DNA from: Candidatus Entotheonellaceae bacterium
GTDB taxonomy: Bacteria; Tectomicrobia; Entotheonellia; Entotheonellales; Entotheonellaceae
Direction: 5' to 3'
DNA length: 64,000 nt
Assembly (NCBI GenBank): GCA_965238075.1
Contig: OZ250173.1
Coordinates: 352,001-416,000 of the forward strand
A program made the translations under genes and the position numbers. Under the pieces are notes generated by a model. It worked only from the letters and a program-made list of their open reading frames with translations, ran no database searches and had not been told where the DNA came from. Numbering within the stretch: the first letter of the stretch is position 1; the number at the start of each line of letters is the position of its first letter. This document shows, one piece after another, positions 21,800 to 31,432 of the stretch.

Positions 21800-23055
21800 T
21801 AGTGTCCTGGTCTTGAAGTTCAAGTTGAGTGTCCTGGTCTTGAATTATGAGTACAGATTAAGAACCTGCGCGATTGCCACACATTTCGGAAGCCGGAAGC
21901 GGAGGCAACAGAGCAGAGCCTTCGAGTCGCCATACGATCTCCGGAGGCAACACATGAGCAGAGCCGCTTGTCGGCGACCGAACGGCGGGAACTCGAAAGC
22001 CTGGCACGGCGGCGCAAAACCGCCCAGGGTCTGGCACGGCGGGCGCGTATCATCTTGGCGGCCGCACAGGGACTCGAAAACAAGGCCATTGTGGAGCGCT
22101 TCGGCGCCGACGCCAACACAGTCGGCAAGTGGCGCCGACGTTTCGCCGCACAAAGGCTCGACGGCCTCTACGATGAGCCCCGGCCCGGAACGCCGAGACG
22201 CATCGGCGATGACGACATCACCGAGGCGGTTCGCCGCACCCTGGAAGAAACCCCGTCCGACGCCACCCACTGGAGCCTGCGTTCCATGGCCCGCGCCGTG
22301 GGCCATGCCCCCTCGACCATCCACCGCATCTGGCGCGCCTTCGGATTACAGCCGCAGCGCAGCGAGACCTTCAAGCTCTCCAGCGATCCTGTCGATAAAG
22401 TGCGCGATATCGTCGGCCTGTACTTGGCGCCGCCCGACCGAGCCTTGGTACTGTGCGTCGATGAAAAAAGCCAGATCCAGGCTCTGGAGCGCACCCAGCC
22501 GATCGTGCCCATGCGACCGGGCCAAGCGGAGCGGCGGAGCCACGACTACAAACGTCACGGCACGACGACGTTGTTCGCAGCCCTCGACGTCGCCACCGCT
22601 TCGGTCATCGGGCAGTGCCTGCCGCGTCACCGATCACAGGAATTCCTGACCTTCCTTGGCATGATCGAGGGCAACGTTCCCAGCGACCTCGACTTGCACT
22701 TGGTGATGGACAACTATGCAACTCACAAGACTGAGGCGGTGCAGCGTTTCTTTGCCCGCCATCCGCGCTGGCACGTCCACTTTACGCCGACCGGGGCCTC
22801 ATGGTTGAATCAGGTGGAGCGTTTCTTTGCCCTGTTGACCGAAAAACAACTTCGGCGTGGCGTGCATCGCAGCACCGAGGAACTCGAAGCGGCTATCGAG
22901 CACTACATCGCCACCGTCAATGCGGAGCCCAGGCCGTTTCGCTGGACCCAATCGGCTAACGACATTGTCGCTACGATCAAGCGTTTCTGCCTGCGAACCT
23001 TGGAGACCGCTGACCGTCAGAACATAATCAATAAAACTTCGGAATCGGAACACTA
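21800..23055 (+). mobile_element. IS630-family insertion sequence
   Basis: CTAGTGTCCTGGTCTTGAAGTT and AACTTCGGAATCGGAACACTAG ends; TA target. Confidence 0.88.
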
Positions 23056-23056
23056 G
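21968..23056 (+). CDS. IS630-family transposase
   Basis: [34 protein letters not shown]; start uncertain. Confidence 0.92.
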   Translation: MSATERRELESLARRRKTAQGLARRARIILAAAQGLENKAIVERFGADANTVGKWRRRFAAQRLDGLYDEPRPGTPRRIGDDDITEAVRRTLEETPSDATHWSLRSMARAVGHAPSTIHRIWRAFGLQPQRSETFKLSSDPVDKVRDIVGLYLAPPDRALVLCVDEKSQIQALERTQPIVPMRPGQAERRSHDYKRHGTTTLFAALDVATASVIGQCLPRHRSQEFLTFLGMIEGNVPSDLDLHLVMDNYATHKTEAVQRFFARHPRWHVHFTPTGASWLNQVERFFALLTEKQLRRGVHRSTEELEAAIEHYIATVNAEPRPFRWTQSANDIVATIKRFCLRTLETADRQNIINKTSESEH

Positions 23057-23078
23057 CAAGTTAATATAGATCAGGATC

Positions 23079-23116
23079 CTTAGCGTCATTCTGGGTACAA
23101 ACCTTGCGATGACGCC
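23079..23116 (-). repeat. Orphan 38-bp Tn3-like terminal repeat
   Basis: Reverse complement GGCGTCATCGCAAGGTTTGTACCCAGAATGACGCTAAG ends in the canonical ACGCTAAG. Confidence 0.5.
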
Positions 23117-23305
23117 ACTTAGCCAGTGGCTGGTTACTACGTCCATGAGTTGTTCGGGAAGTGGAATCCGGCCAGGAAGCGGACACCGGAGACTTGGGGT
23201 CTTGTAGAAGAACAAAGATCGGGTGTGATATGAAGACATTGGCAAAAGCGGTTACAGTCTGGACGACGGCCGAGATATCGGGAATTTATCTGTAAAGGAG
23301 ATCTC

Positions 23306-24349
23306 ATGGGTTTTCCGGAGTCGTTGTTGAATGCCGGTAACGTGGCGCTTTTTGTTGTCATCATCATTGGACTCATGACGCTCAAGCGGGTGGTGTACAT
23401 CGTTCCGCAATCGAAGAACTATGTTATTGAGCGTTTCGGCCGATTTCAACAGGTACTCAAGCCCGGGTTGAACGTCATTGTGCCGTTTGTTGACCGCGTG
23501 GCGTACCGTATTTCGGTGCTCGAGCGCCAGACCGACCCGTCGAGCGTCAGTGTGTTTTCGAGCGATAATGTGGAGGTTGATATTGTCACGGTCGTTTACT
23601 GGCGGGTAATCGATCCGGAACTGTCGGTTTATCGTATCGAGGACATCAACGCGGCGATCATGGTTGCTACCGGGTCGATCGTTCGCAACATCGGCGCAGG
23701 GTTGGAGCTCGACAATTTGCAAGGCAGTCGGGAAGAAATCAATTTCAAGATTCTCGCGTCGCTAGGCGAAACAGCGGAAGCGTGGGGTATTTCGATCACG
23801 CGGACGGAGATTGTAGACATTGTTCTAGACGAGAAAACCAAGCAAGCTCAGCGCCAGCAGGTGGAAGCCGAGCGTGCGAGGCGTGCTCAGGTGACCGGCG
23901 CTGAAGGGAGTGCTGCCGCCGTAAAATTGCAGGCTGACTCGGTCCTTTACCGGTCGAACCAGGAATCGGAGGCGGCGGTCGTGGCCGCACAAGCGCGGGC
24001 CAAGGAAATCGGTCTGGTTTCCGAGGCGCGGGCAAAGGAAATCGAGGTTGTAGCCGCTGCGCAGGCGAAAGAGTTTGAGCTCGTTGGTTCGGCGATACGA
24101 AACTATGGCGAGGTGGCGGCGCTTTTCGAACTGGGCAAGCGTCAGGTAAGTGCGATGGAGCAGTTGGCAGCGAGCCGTGGTGCCAAGGTCTTGGTGTTGC
24201 CGACGGACGTGACCAAGATGCTGGGAAGCCTGACTGCGGTGGTTGAGGGCTTAGGCTTTGGCGCTTTTGTCGGTGCTCAGGGAACGCTGATAGCGGAAGG
24301 AGATGTTGCTGAGGTTTCGGAGACAGGAGGTAAGGAAGGAGGAGCATGA
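23306..24349 (+). CDS. SPFH / band-7 (paraslipin/QmcA-like) protein
   Basis: TM segment, VIERFGRF..VLKPGL, WGISITRTEI, AERARRA coiled coil. Confidence 0.9.
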   Translation: MGFPESLLNAGNVALFVVIIIGLMTLKRVVYIVPQSKNYVIERFGRFQQVLKPGLNVIVPFVDRVAYRISVLERQTDPSSVSVFSSDNVEVDIVTVVYWRVIDPELSVYRIEDINAAIMVATGSIVRNIGAGLELDNLQGSREEINFKILASLGETAEAWGISITRTEIVDIVLDEKTKQAQRQQVEAERARRAQVTGAEGSAAAVKLQADSVLYRSNQESEAAVVAAQARAKEIGLVSEARAKEIEVVAAAQAKEFELVGSAIRNYGEVAALFELGKRQVSAMEQLAASRGAKVLVLPTDVTKMLGSLTAVVEGLGFGAFVGAQGTLIAEGDVAEVSETGGKEGGA

Positions 24350-24756
24350 TGAGCCAGGAATTGGTTCAGGACTGGCTGCTGAACCCGCTTTTATGGGTGG
24401 CGGTGGCGGTCGTGGTCTTGACGCTTGAGCTTTTCGTCATCAGCGGCTTCAGCTTGGCCATTGGCCTTGCGGGAATTGTTGTGGGCGTTGTCATGACCTG
24501 GTTTGTGCCGTCTCTCGAGGGCGGTTCGATGGATGCGGCAGGAAGAATGGTTCTGGTCGGTGCTGCGGTCTGGAGCCTTTTTTCGCTGGTGATGATCATG
24601 GTCTTGAAACTTTGGTTCCTGAAGTCGAAAGGAATTGAGGACCCGAATGAGTACGACCGCGGCGTAGGGGTCGAAACCGGCGATCGGAAGACGGCGGCGG
24701 TCGAGGTCCCGGGTTACGAGGATGTGCTCAAGGACTACAAACCGCGTATTGAATGA
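24346..24756 (+). CDS. NfeD/YbbJ-like membrane partner (OB fold apparently missing)
   Basis: Three hydrophobic helices with W...LE pattern; ATGA overlap with the SPFH gene. Confidence 0.6.
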   Translation: MMSQELVQDWLLNPLLWVAVAVVVLTLELFVISGFSLAIGLAGIVVGVVMTWFVPSLEGGSMDAAGRMVLVGAAVWSLFSLVMIMVLKLWFLKSKGIEDPNEYDRGVGVETGDRKTAAVEVPGYEDVLKDYKPRIE

Positions 24757-24776
24757 GAACGTTTGACATTGAATCT

Positions 24777-25638
24777 GGCCCAGTAACAACATAGCTGTCA
24801 TAGAGTGCCAAATTGACGGTGCTCGCCGCAGAGCACTCTGACTCACCCTTTGACTCATGTCTCCCACAGTCCCTCGAATCGAACGCCAGCGACACGCGTA
24901 TAGTGAACCGTGTGTTTGGGGTCTCGATGCCCAAGATGGTCCTGGATCAGCCTCAGGTCATAGCCTTGATTGGCCAGATAAAACCCACAGGAATGCCGCA
25001 GCATGTGGGGATTAGGCGCACCGAGTCCGGCACGCCGGGCAGCGCGCCGATGAGGTAGTTGACCGATTGTCGGGTCATCGGCTGCCCGCGCTCAGACAGA
25101 AACAGCCACGGCAACGCGTCGTGGCGCGTGTGCAGGTAGCGCTTGATCGCCCGCAGTTCATCGCCGGCGATCGGATGTTCCACAGACAGGCCACTTTTGA
25201 GGCGCCGAATCCACACCCAGGCGCGTTTGAGGTTCAGGTCCTGGCGCCGCATGCGGACGGCTTCGCTGACGCGCAAGCCGTGGCGATACATCATGAGCAA
25301 CAGCAGAAAATCCCGGACGCCATGGCGGTCTTTCCTGGCCGCTTCAAGGAGGGCATCCATTTCGGCATCGCTTAGGAAGTTGCGGGCGCGTTCATGCCCG
25401 TCCGTCAGCCAGACATCCTCACTTTTTACATTTCGCCTTCTGGGCACGACGTCTCACCCCCTCTCGAAGCCGCGCGGTGACTCGCCCTGTTACCCGGCAC
25501 TCTTGACAAAAGGCGTGTTAGGTAAAGAGAGTCAGGCAGCCACCTGTCTTTCAATTGACAAGCGCTCACGCATGTCCAGCTCAAAGATGCCGTAGCCCGA
25601 AGTCTGGCACCTTATGACCGCTATGTTGTTACTGGGCC
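24777..25638 (-). mobile_element. 862-bp unit bounded by 34-bp inverted repeats, carrying only a tyrosine recombinase
   Basis: GGCCCAGTAACAACATAGC(T/G)GTCATA(GA/AG)GTGCCA at 24777-24810 and 25605-25638, 31/34 identical. Confidence 0.75.
24855..25447 (-). pseudogene. FimB/FimE-like tyrosine recombinase, frameshifted near 25040
   Basis: YRHGLRVSE in one frame; [21 protein letters not shown] in another frame ending at TGA 24855. Confidence 0.85.
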
Positions 25639-25688
25639 GAAAAGGTGGGTCGTGAGAGCGTACCGCAGCGTGTCGCGACAAAGAGTTG

Positions 25689-25840
25689 GATACTGTTGGC
25701 GAACCCCAATTGAATCGCCAAGTGGCCAAGTTTGGACAATGGCCGCGAGCCCCGACATGGGCCTCACCATTGGCATTGCTGGCTCCCTCCTGTACGACAA
25801 GGGGGGCAAATGACAGTAAGCAGGGTTTGCCAACAGTATC
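25689..25840. mobile_element. 152-bp MITE
   Basis: 18-bp TIRs GATACTGTTGGC(G/A)AACCC; 6-bp direct repeat GAGTTG at 25683-25688 and 25841-25846. Confidence 0.8.
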
Positions 25841-25957
25841 GAGTTGTTTGTCGTGAATGATTCCTGCCATCCAGACCCGGTCGAGAGAGCTGCGAGGGTA
25901 GGGAAAGAGGGCTCGGGTGCGTGGAGTGTCTTTTCGCCCTTTTCCGCAACCGACCCC

Positions 25958-26070
25958 TTTAAGCGCGCCAGGATGTCACGCACGGTATCGCGGGGGTCGG
26001 CATGAATACGTCCCTTGTCGCCGCGCTCGAAAAATCGCTTGAGCCGGTTGCTCCCGAAGTTGTGTATCAT
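25958..26070 (-). pseudogene. HigB/RelE-like toxin N-terminus, truncated by the Tn3 IR
   Basis: MIHNFGSNRLKRFFERGDK...ILARL stops exactly at the IR. Confidence 0.65.
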
Positions 26071-26096
26071 GCCTGATCGTAATATGTATTGTTACG

Positions 26097-27000
26097 CTAG
26101 ACAACCTGAATGACCGGATGACATGTGGGATATTTCTGAGCAGGAAGAACGTCAGGTACCAGAGCATCTGGTTCGCGTTTACCAGCAATAAGCGGGGTCC
26201 ACGGCACTGCCTCCGCGATTCGCGTTCGGATCGCATTGCCCCATAAATCTGCTGCGTCGCTCTTGTCAGGAAGATCGGTCACCTGAACCAGCTTGACCTC
26301 GAAACCCATGCTTGCCAATGCCGTACCAATCCGATCCATATGCTTCAAACCATCGGAGTCGTGATCGGGCCATAGGGTGACGGTATCCAACCCTTCTAAG
26401 GCGCGCCTCAGTGCTCTGGACGTAGGTCTGGTTGCCGCTCCGCAGACAGTACCCAGGGCACGAACAGACGGGAGTGCACCTGCTGCGGCCTCCGTCGCTT
26501 TTTCACCCTCGGTAATGACCGCGTGGGTGCTGTCTTTGTTGCCGGAGAAATAAAGAAAGTCGACAGCCTTGCATCCAGAGGGTAGTCCCTTGGCAGTGCG
26601 GCCGTTGGCGTCTCTGTACTGCCAAAATATCCGTTTAGGGCCTTGACGATAATCAAGGCGCACGTGCTGCGCCTCAATCCCATCCAGAGTGCGGCAAACC
26701 CAAACAGTCTTGGACGATGCAGGACCTGTTATAGGTGGGGGGCGCGAAGGAGAAGAGCCTGGGCAGATATTCTCTTCAAAAGCCCGCATGATTTGTTCAA
26801 AGGTGCAACCCTCCGAAAAACACTTTACTACCGGTCTATCGTCATCCCCGCGGCGGACAGACAAGTTTTTCTTTGTGCCGTTGTGAGCCGGACAAGGGAT
26901 GGAAAATTTATCACCGGATTTACCATAATGCGATGCGATCTGCGTGAAGTTGAGCCCGCCTTTGTATTGCCGTATCCCCGCCTTTGTATTGCCGTATCAT
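26097..27000 (-). pseudogene. Zn-finger + Toprim primase (phage/satellite type), frameshifted by a 22-bp duplication
   Basis: CPAH...CFSEGC, ITEGEK, WPDHD, KSDAAD; GAGGAG RBS then ATG at 27000. Confidence 0.8.
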
Positions 27001-27432
27001 TGTGCTATCTCCTCGCGCACAGCCGGGCGAGGGCGGCGCGGTGGATGTTGGGTCGACGCCCTGGCCGTCATGGTCGGCCAGGGCGTTTCTGCGTCTGTTC
27101 CGTCTGTTCTGGAAATGGGGAATGTCAGTCCGGTCCAAACTCGACTTAAATCATGTCGGACTCGGGGCTTCCCTTCTTTATATCAAGGCGGACGTTTTCT
27201 GCGGACAATGGCCAGGATGCGCCGTTGGTTCTTCCACGACAGACTGAGCCAGGCGCTGGCAGATGCGGGCAGAGGGGGGGCGTTTTGAGGCACCCCTCCG
27301 GCACTCCGATTGCGAAATGGGTGTCGATCGGGTGGTCAGCGGATGGTGTGTGGATGCAGAGGGATACTTCTGGACAGCAAGTAACGGCGCAGAATAGCGC
27401 CGTTTTATGCGGAAATGATGGAAGAGGAAAAA

Positions 27433-27792
27433 TGGAGGCGGCGGGAATCGAACCCGCGTCCGAAAGCCTTCGGTTACAGTGTCTACATGCTTAGCATGGG
27501 GAAGATGATTTCGCCTCTCCCCGACCTCCCCAGCCGGGCAAGGAAGACGCTAGCCTGGATTAATTTCGCACCGTGCTCTCCCCAGGCAGGGGGAGCAGGG
27601 GCTATCCCACATCGTGACGCCTGATCCTGACACCGTGGGCAAGTGACAGGGAGACGCTGGCCGGGATTAAGCGGCCAGGGCTACCTCATAATCGTTGGCG
27701 ATTATGTTTTGTTCCGCTTTTTTACGAGGCCAGCGGAGTCCTCGGCATGCAACCGTAACGTCATGAACTCCCGTCGAAATCCTTTCGCCCCC
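27433..27792 (-). ncRNA. ssrA: tmRNA, tag peptide ANDYEVALAA
   Basis: 5' GGGGGCGAAAGGATTTCGAC, 3' GGTTCGATTCCCGCCGCCTCCA; tag ORF 27667-27699; adjacent to smpB. Confidence 0.96.
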
Positions 27793-27800
27793 GTTGGTGG

Positions 27801-28262
27801 TTACTCACCGGCCAGCGCCCGCGCGATGTCGCGCTGCGCGTCGCGGCGTTTCATGTCCTGCCGCTTGTCGTACTGCCGCTTACCCTTGGCGAGGCCCAGT
27901 TCGACCTTGGCTTTGCCGCGGCTGAAATACATACGGGTCGGAATCAGCGTCAGCCCTCGTTCCCGCGCCTTGCCGGCGAGACGGTGAATCTCGCGCTTGT
28001 GCAGGAGGAGCTTGCGGGGCCGTTCCGGCTCGTGGTTGAAGCGGTTGGCCTGTTCGTACTGATTGATGTGCGCATGCAGCAAAAACATCTCACCGTCACG
28101 AGCCTCGGCGTAGGCATCCTTCAAAGTCGCCCGGCCGGCCCGCAGGGATTTGACTTCCGTCCCCTGCAAAACGAGGCCCGCCTCGAATACCTCGTCGATG
28201 GCGTAGTCGAAGCGCGCCCGCCTGTTGACGCAGATGATTTTCTTTCCACCCTTGTCTGCCAT
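27801..28262 (-). CDS. smpB: SsrA-binding protein
   Basis: NRRARFDY, EAGLVLQGTEVKSLR, RKLLLHKREI, GKRQYDKR. Confidence 0.97.
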   Translation of the reverse strand: MADKGGKKIICVNRRARFDYAIDEVFEAGLVLQGTEVKSLRAGRATLKDAYAEARDGEMFLLHAHINQYEQANRFNHEPERPRKLLLHKREIHRLAGKARERGLTLIPTRMYFSRGKAKVELGLAKGKRQYDKRQDMKRRDAQRDIARALAGE

Positions 28263-28447
28263 GCGTCCGACCCTTCTCCTGAGATAAGGCAGCTACTATA
28301 TCCCGCCGACCCGGTCTTGGCAACCCAACGGCCTCGGTCGTACGGTTTACAAGTGTGTTACTCAGAATTGATAATGGACGAATCCAGCCAGAACCCCTGG
28401 CCAAGATACCCACTTGCAGGACCCCTGCAGAGGAAGGAACGGCTCAC

Positions 28448-29245
28448 ATGATCATGACCAACACGCTGCGCGAAAAGTTGAACGCCGGCAAACCCACCAT
28501 CGGCACGCATTACCTGTCGTCCGATCCCGACCTGCCCGAAATCATCGGCGACACCGGCCTGTACGACTACGGCGAATTCTGCGCCGAGTACAGCGCCTTC
28601 GACATGCAACTGCTCTACCACATGGCGCGCGCCGGCCAGTGCGGCAACCTGCCCCTGATGATCAAGCCGGATCAACGCAGCCAGGCCTTCTGGGCCCAGG
28701 CCGCCATCGGGGCGGGGTTCAAATCGGTGCTGTTTACGGACGTCCGCACCGTGGAGGACGTGCAGCTTTGCCACCAGGCAATCCGCGCCGACATGCCGGA
28801 CATTGGCGGGCACATGGGCGTCAAGCTGCGCCGCCCGGCGCTGACGAGCTACAACCCCACCGGGTACCTGGATGATCTGCAATCGGTCGTGTTTCTGATC
28901 ATGATCGAGAAGGACGTTGCGGTTGACCAACTGGACGCAATTCTTGAGACGGCTAAAGGCAAGGGCGTTGACATGAACCAGTGGGGGCCGGCGGACTTCG
29001 GCTTCTCGCGGGGCAACCCCAGCCTCATGTTCACGCCGGAGATCCGGCCCTTTGAAGAGATGGTCATCAAGAAGTCCATTGAATACGGTGTGCCGCCGCG
29101 CATGGAGATATCCGACGTGGAGCAGGCCAAGCGGTACGTGCAGTTGGGGGTGCGCCACTTCTGCATCGGCTGGGACCGCTTCATCTATCAGGCGGCGCTG
29201 ATGAATCTGGGCGAGGGACTGCGTAAGGTCATCGATACGCTCTAA
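28448..29245 (+). CDS. HpcH/HpaI aldolase family protein
   Basis: LREKL.AGKP.IG, IMIE, WGPADF. Confidence 0.75.
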   Translation: MIMTNTLREKLNAGKPTIGTHYLSSDPDLPEIIGDTGLYDYGEFCAEYSAFDMQLLYHMARAGQCGNLPLMIKPDQRSQAFWAQAAIGAGFKSVLFTDVRTVEDVQLCHQAIRADMPDIGGHMGVKLRRPALTSYNPTGYLDDLQSVVFLIMIEKDVAVDQLDAILETAKGKGVDMNQWGPADFGFSRGNPSLMFTPEIRPFEEMVIKKSIEYGVPPRMEISDVEQAKRYVQLGVRHFCIGWDRFIYQAALMNLGEGLRKVIDTL

Positions 29246-30120
29246 CCGCGGAATTTAGGTTCCGGTAGGCCGCGCACGCCAGGTTCGCAGGCGAAGAGGC
29301 TGCCGGCCTGCGGCTGGCCCGGCTGCAGGGGCGTGCTGCCGCCGGAACCAATGGTGGTGATGTACATGACCTCCAGATTGTCGCCCCCGAAGGCAGGCAT
29401 GGTCGGCTTCTGCACCGGCAGCTTCACCGTGCGGTCCACGCTGCCGTCCGGCGCAAATCGCACCATCTGCCAGCCGTCCACATTTGCCGACCAGTAGAAG
29501 CCATCGGCGTCCACACAGCCGCCGTCGGGACGGCCCGGCAGATCGTGCGTGGTGGCGAACACCCGGCGGTTGCTAAGGGTTCCGTCTTCAGCCTGGAAAT
29601 CAAACGCCCAGATGGTCTCCTGCCTGGTATCGGCGTAATACATCGTGCCGCCGTCGGGACTGAAGGCCAGGCCATTGCTGACGCCGATGTCAGGCACCAT
29701 GGTGCGCCAGCTCAGATCCGTGTCGAGGCAATACAGCGCACCGCTGCGCTGCGCCGGGTCCTGGGGGTCGCGCATGGTGCCGACCCAAAATCGCCCGCCC
29801 GGTCCGCAGCGGCCGTCGTTGAACCGATTGTCCGGCTTGTCTGCCTCCGGGTCGACGATTGCGGTGAGTGCCGCGGTGTCGAAATCGAGGAAGTGGAAGC
29901 CTGAGCGCAGTGCCGCCACCAAGCCGCCCCGCTCGCGCAGCACGAAGGAGCCAACCTGCTCGGGCAATTGGCAGACCTCGTTGTCGCCGGTCGCCGGATC
30001 GAACCGATTGACCGTGTGCCCGTTAATGTTCACCCAATACAACCGTCGCTCTTCGCTGCTCCACACCGGGCATTCGCCCAACTCGGCCCGTACGTCCAGC
30101 ACACAACTGACATCCGTCAT
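29242..30120 (-). CDS. SMP-30 / gluconolactonase / LRE family protein
   Basis: LGECPVW, RFNDG, SNGLAFSPD, PDGGCVD. Confidence 0.92.
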   Translation of the reverse strand: MTDVSCVLDVRAELGECPVWSSEERRLYWVNINGHTVNRFDPATGDNEVCQLPEQVGSFVLRERGGLVAALRSGFHFLDFDTAALTAIVDPEADKPDNRFNDGRCGPGGRFWVGTMRDPQDPAQRSGALYCLDTDLSWRTMVPDIGVSNGLAFSPDGGTMYYADTRQETIWAFDFQAEDGTLSNRRVFATTHDLPGRPDGGCVDADGFYWSANVDGWQMVRFAPDGSVDRTVKLPVQKPTMPAFGGDNLEVMYITTIGSGGSTPLQPGQPQAGSLFACEPGVRGLPEPKFRG

Positions 30121-30298
30121 GAGGCTCCCCTCTTCTGGGTTGTTTCGATCCGCGCGTTGCGGCGCGGGGGCATTCTACTTGGCCCCGTTTCTCGGGTCAA
30201 AACGCCGGGCGGGGCATCTGTGGCCGGTATTGACAACAGTTTAGCGGGCTTATAACGTGGGGCCAATCTACACATGCCATCACTCAGGGAGACCATTC

Positions 30299-31432
30299 AT
30301 GCACAAGCTTACGCTTGGATTCCTCGCGGTATGCGCCGTGACCCTTCTTCTGGCCGTGCCTTTCCCGCAACACCCCCTGACGCCCACTGACGCGATGGCG
30401 CAGGGCGATACTACCGTCCTCAAGATTCAGGCGAGCTTTCCGCCTTCCAGTTTGTTGTTCACCAACATGCTGAAATTCGCCCGGGGGGTCGAGGAGATGT
30501 CGGGCGGGCGCGTAAAGATCGACGGGTTTCCGGCGGGGGCTATCGTTGGCGCCTTCGACGTGGCCGACGCCACGCACCGCGGCGTTCTGGACGGCGCCCA
30601 TACCTGCACGTATTACTTCATGGGCAAGCACATGGCGGCGGCCCTGTTCACCTCGGTGCCCGGCGGCCCCTTCGGGATGAGCACCATCGACTTCTGGGGC
30701 TGGGAATTCCAGGGCGGCGGTTTCGAGCTGTTGAACGAGTTTTACCAACAGATTCTCGGCATGAACATCGTCGCCTTCCCCATATTCCCGACCACGCCCC
30801 AGTCACTCGGCTGGTTCAAAAAGCCGCTGACTAGCGTTGACGACCTCAAGGGTCTCAAGTACCGGGTTCCCGGCCTGGCCTCCGAGGTATACAAGGACAT
30901 GGGGCTTTCCGTCGTCACACTACCGGGTGGCGAGGTGCTGCCCGCCGGCGAACGCGGCGTGCTGGACGCCACCGAGTGGTACACCCCGGCCGAGGACCTA
31001 CGGCAGGGATTCGACACGGTATGGAAGTTTTATCATTACCCCGGCGCACACGAGATTGCCGGCTCCTGCGACTTGCTGATCAACAAGGACGTCTGGGACA
31101 ACCTGTCGCCGGAACTGCAGGCCATTGTCAAGGCGGCGGCCTTCCAGGCGGCGTTCCAGTCGCTGCTGGAATTCAACCGCATGGACGCCGAGGCGCTGAA
31201 TACTTTTACCGACAAGCGCGGTGTAACGTTGGTCAAAACGCCCGACGACATCCTTCTGGCACACTTGAAATCGTGGGACAAGATCGCGGCGCGCGAATCC
31301 GCCAAGGACCCGTTCTTCAAGAAGGTGCTGGACTCGCAGCGGGCCTACGCCGAGCTTGTGGTTCCGGCACGGTTGTTTATGAGCCCGTATGACACGATCG
31401 CCGATTACTATTGGGGCGACAAGCAACCGTAG
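30299..31432 (+). CDS. TRAP transporter solute-binding protein (DctP/TakP-like)
   Basis: Signal peptide, MSGGR, DLKGLKYR, LPGGEV, DATEW. Confidence 0.9.
   Translation: MHKLTLGFLAVCAVTLLLAVPFPQHPLTPTDAMAQGDTTVLKIQASFPPSSLLFTNMLKFARGVEEMSGGRVKIDGFPAGAIVGAFDVADATHRGVLDGAHTCTYYFMGKHMAAALFTSVPGGPFGMSTIDFWGWEFQGGGFELLNEFYQQILGMNIVAFPIFPTTPQSLGWFKKPLTSVDDLKGLKYRVPGLASEVYKDMGLSVVTLPGGEVLPAGERGVLDATEWYTPAEDLRQGFDTVWKFYHYPGAHEIAGSCDLLINKDVWDNLSPELQAIVKAAAFQAAFQSLLEFNRMDAEALNTFTDKRGVTLVKTPDDILLAHLKSWDKIAARESAKDPFFKKVLDSQRAYAELVVPARLFMSPYDTIADYYWGDKQP

Larger units (their letters stand above)
16282..25957. mobile_element. Composite non-autonomous Tn3-family unit (element 2)
   Basis: Outer 20-21 bp of the element-1 IR at 16282 and an inverted near-complete IR at 25920-25957; 25639-25957 is homologous to the res end of element 1; no TSD and no tnpA. 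Confidence 0.7.

Noticed and set aside
24855-25447. Integron integrase with cassettes
   Set aside because: The protein is short and FimB-like with no IntI insertion, and no attC array is visible.
26955-26998. 22-bp repeats as replication iterons
   Set aside because: There are only two copies and they lie inside the primase 5' coding region; a frameshifting duplication explains them better.
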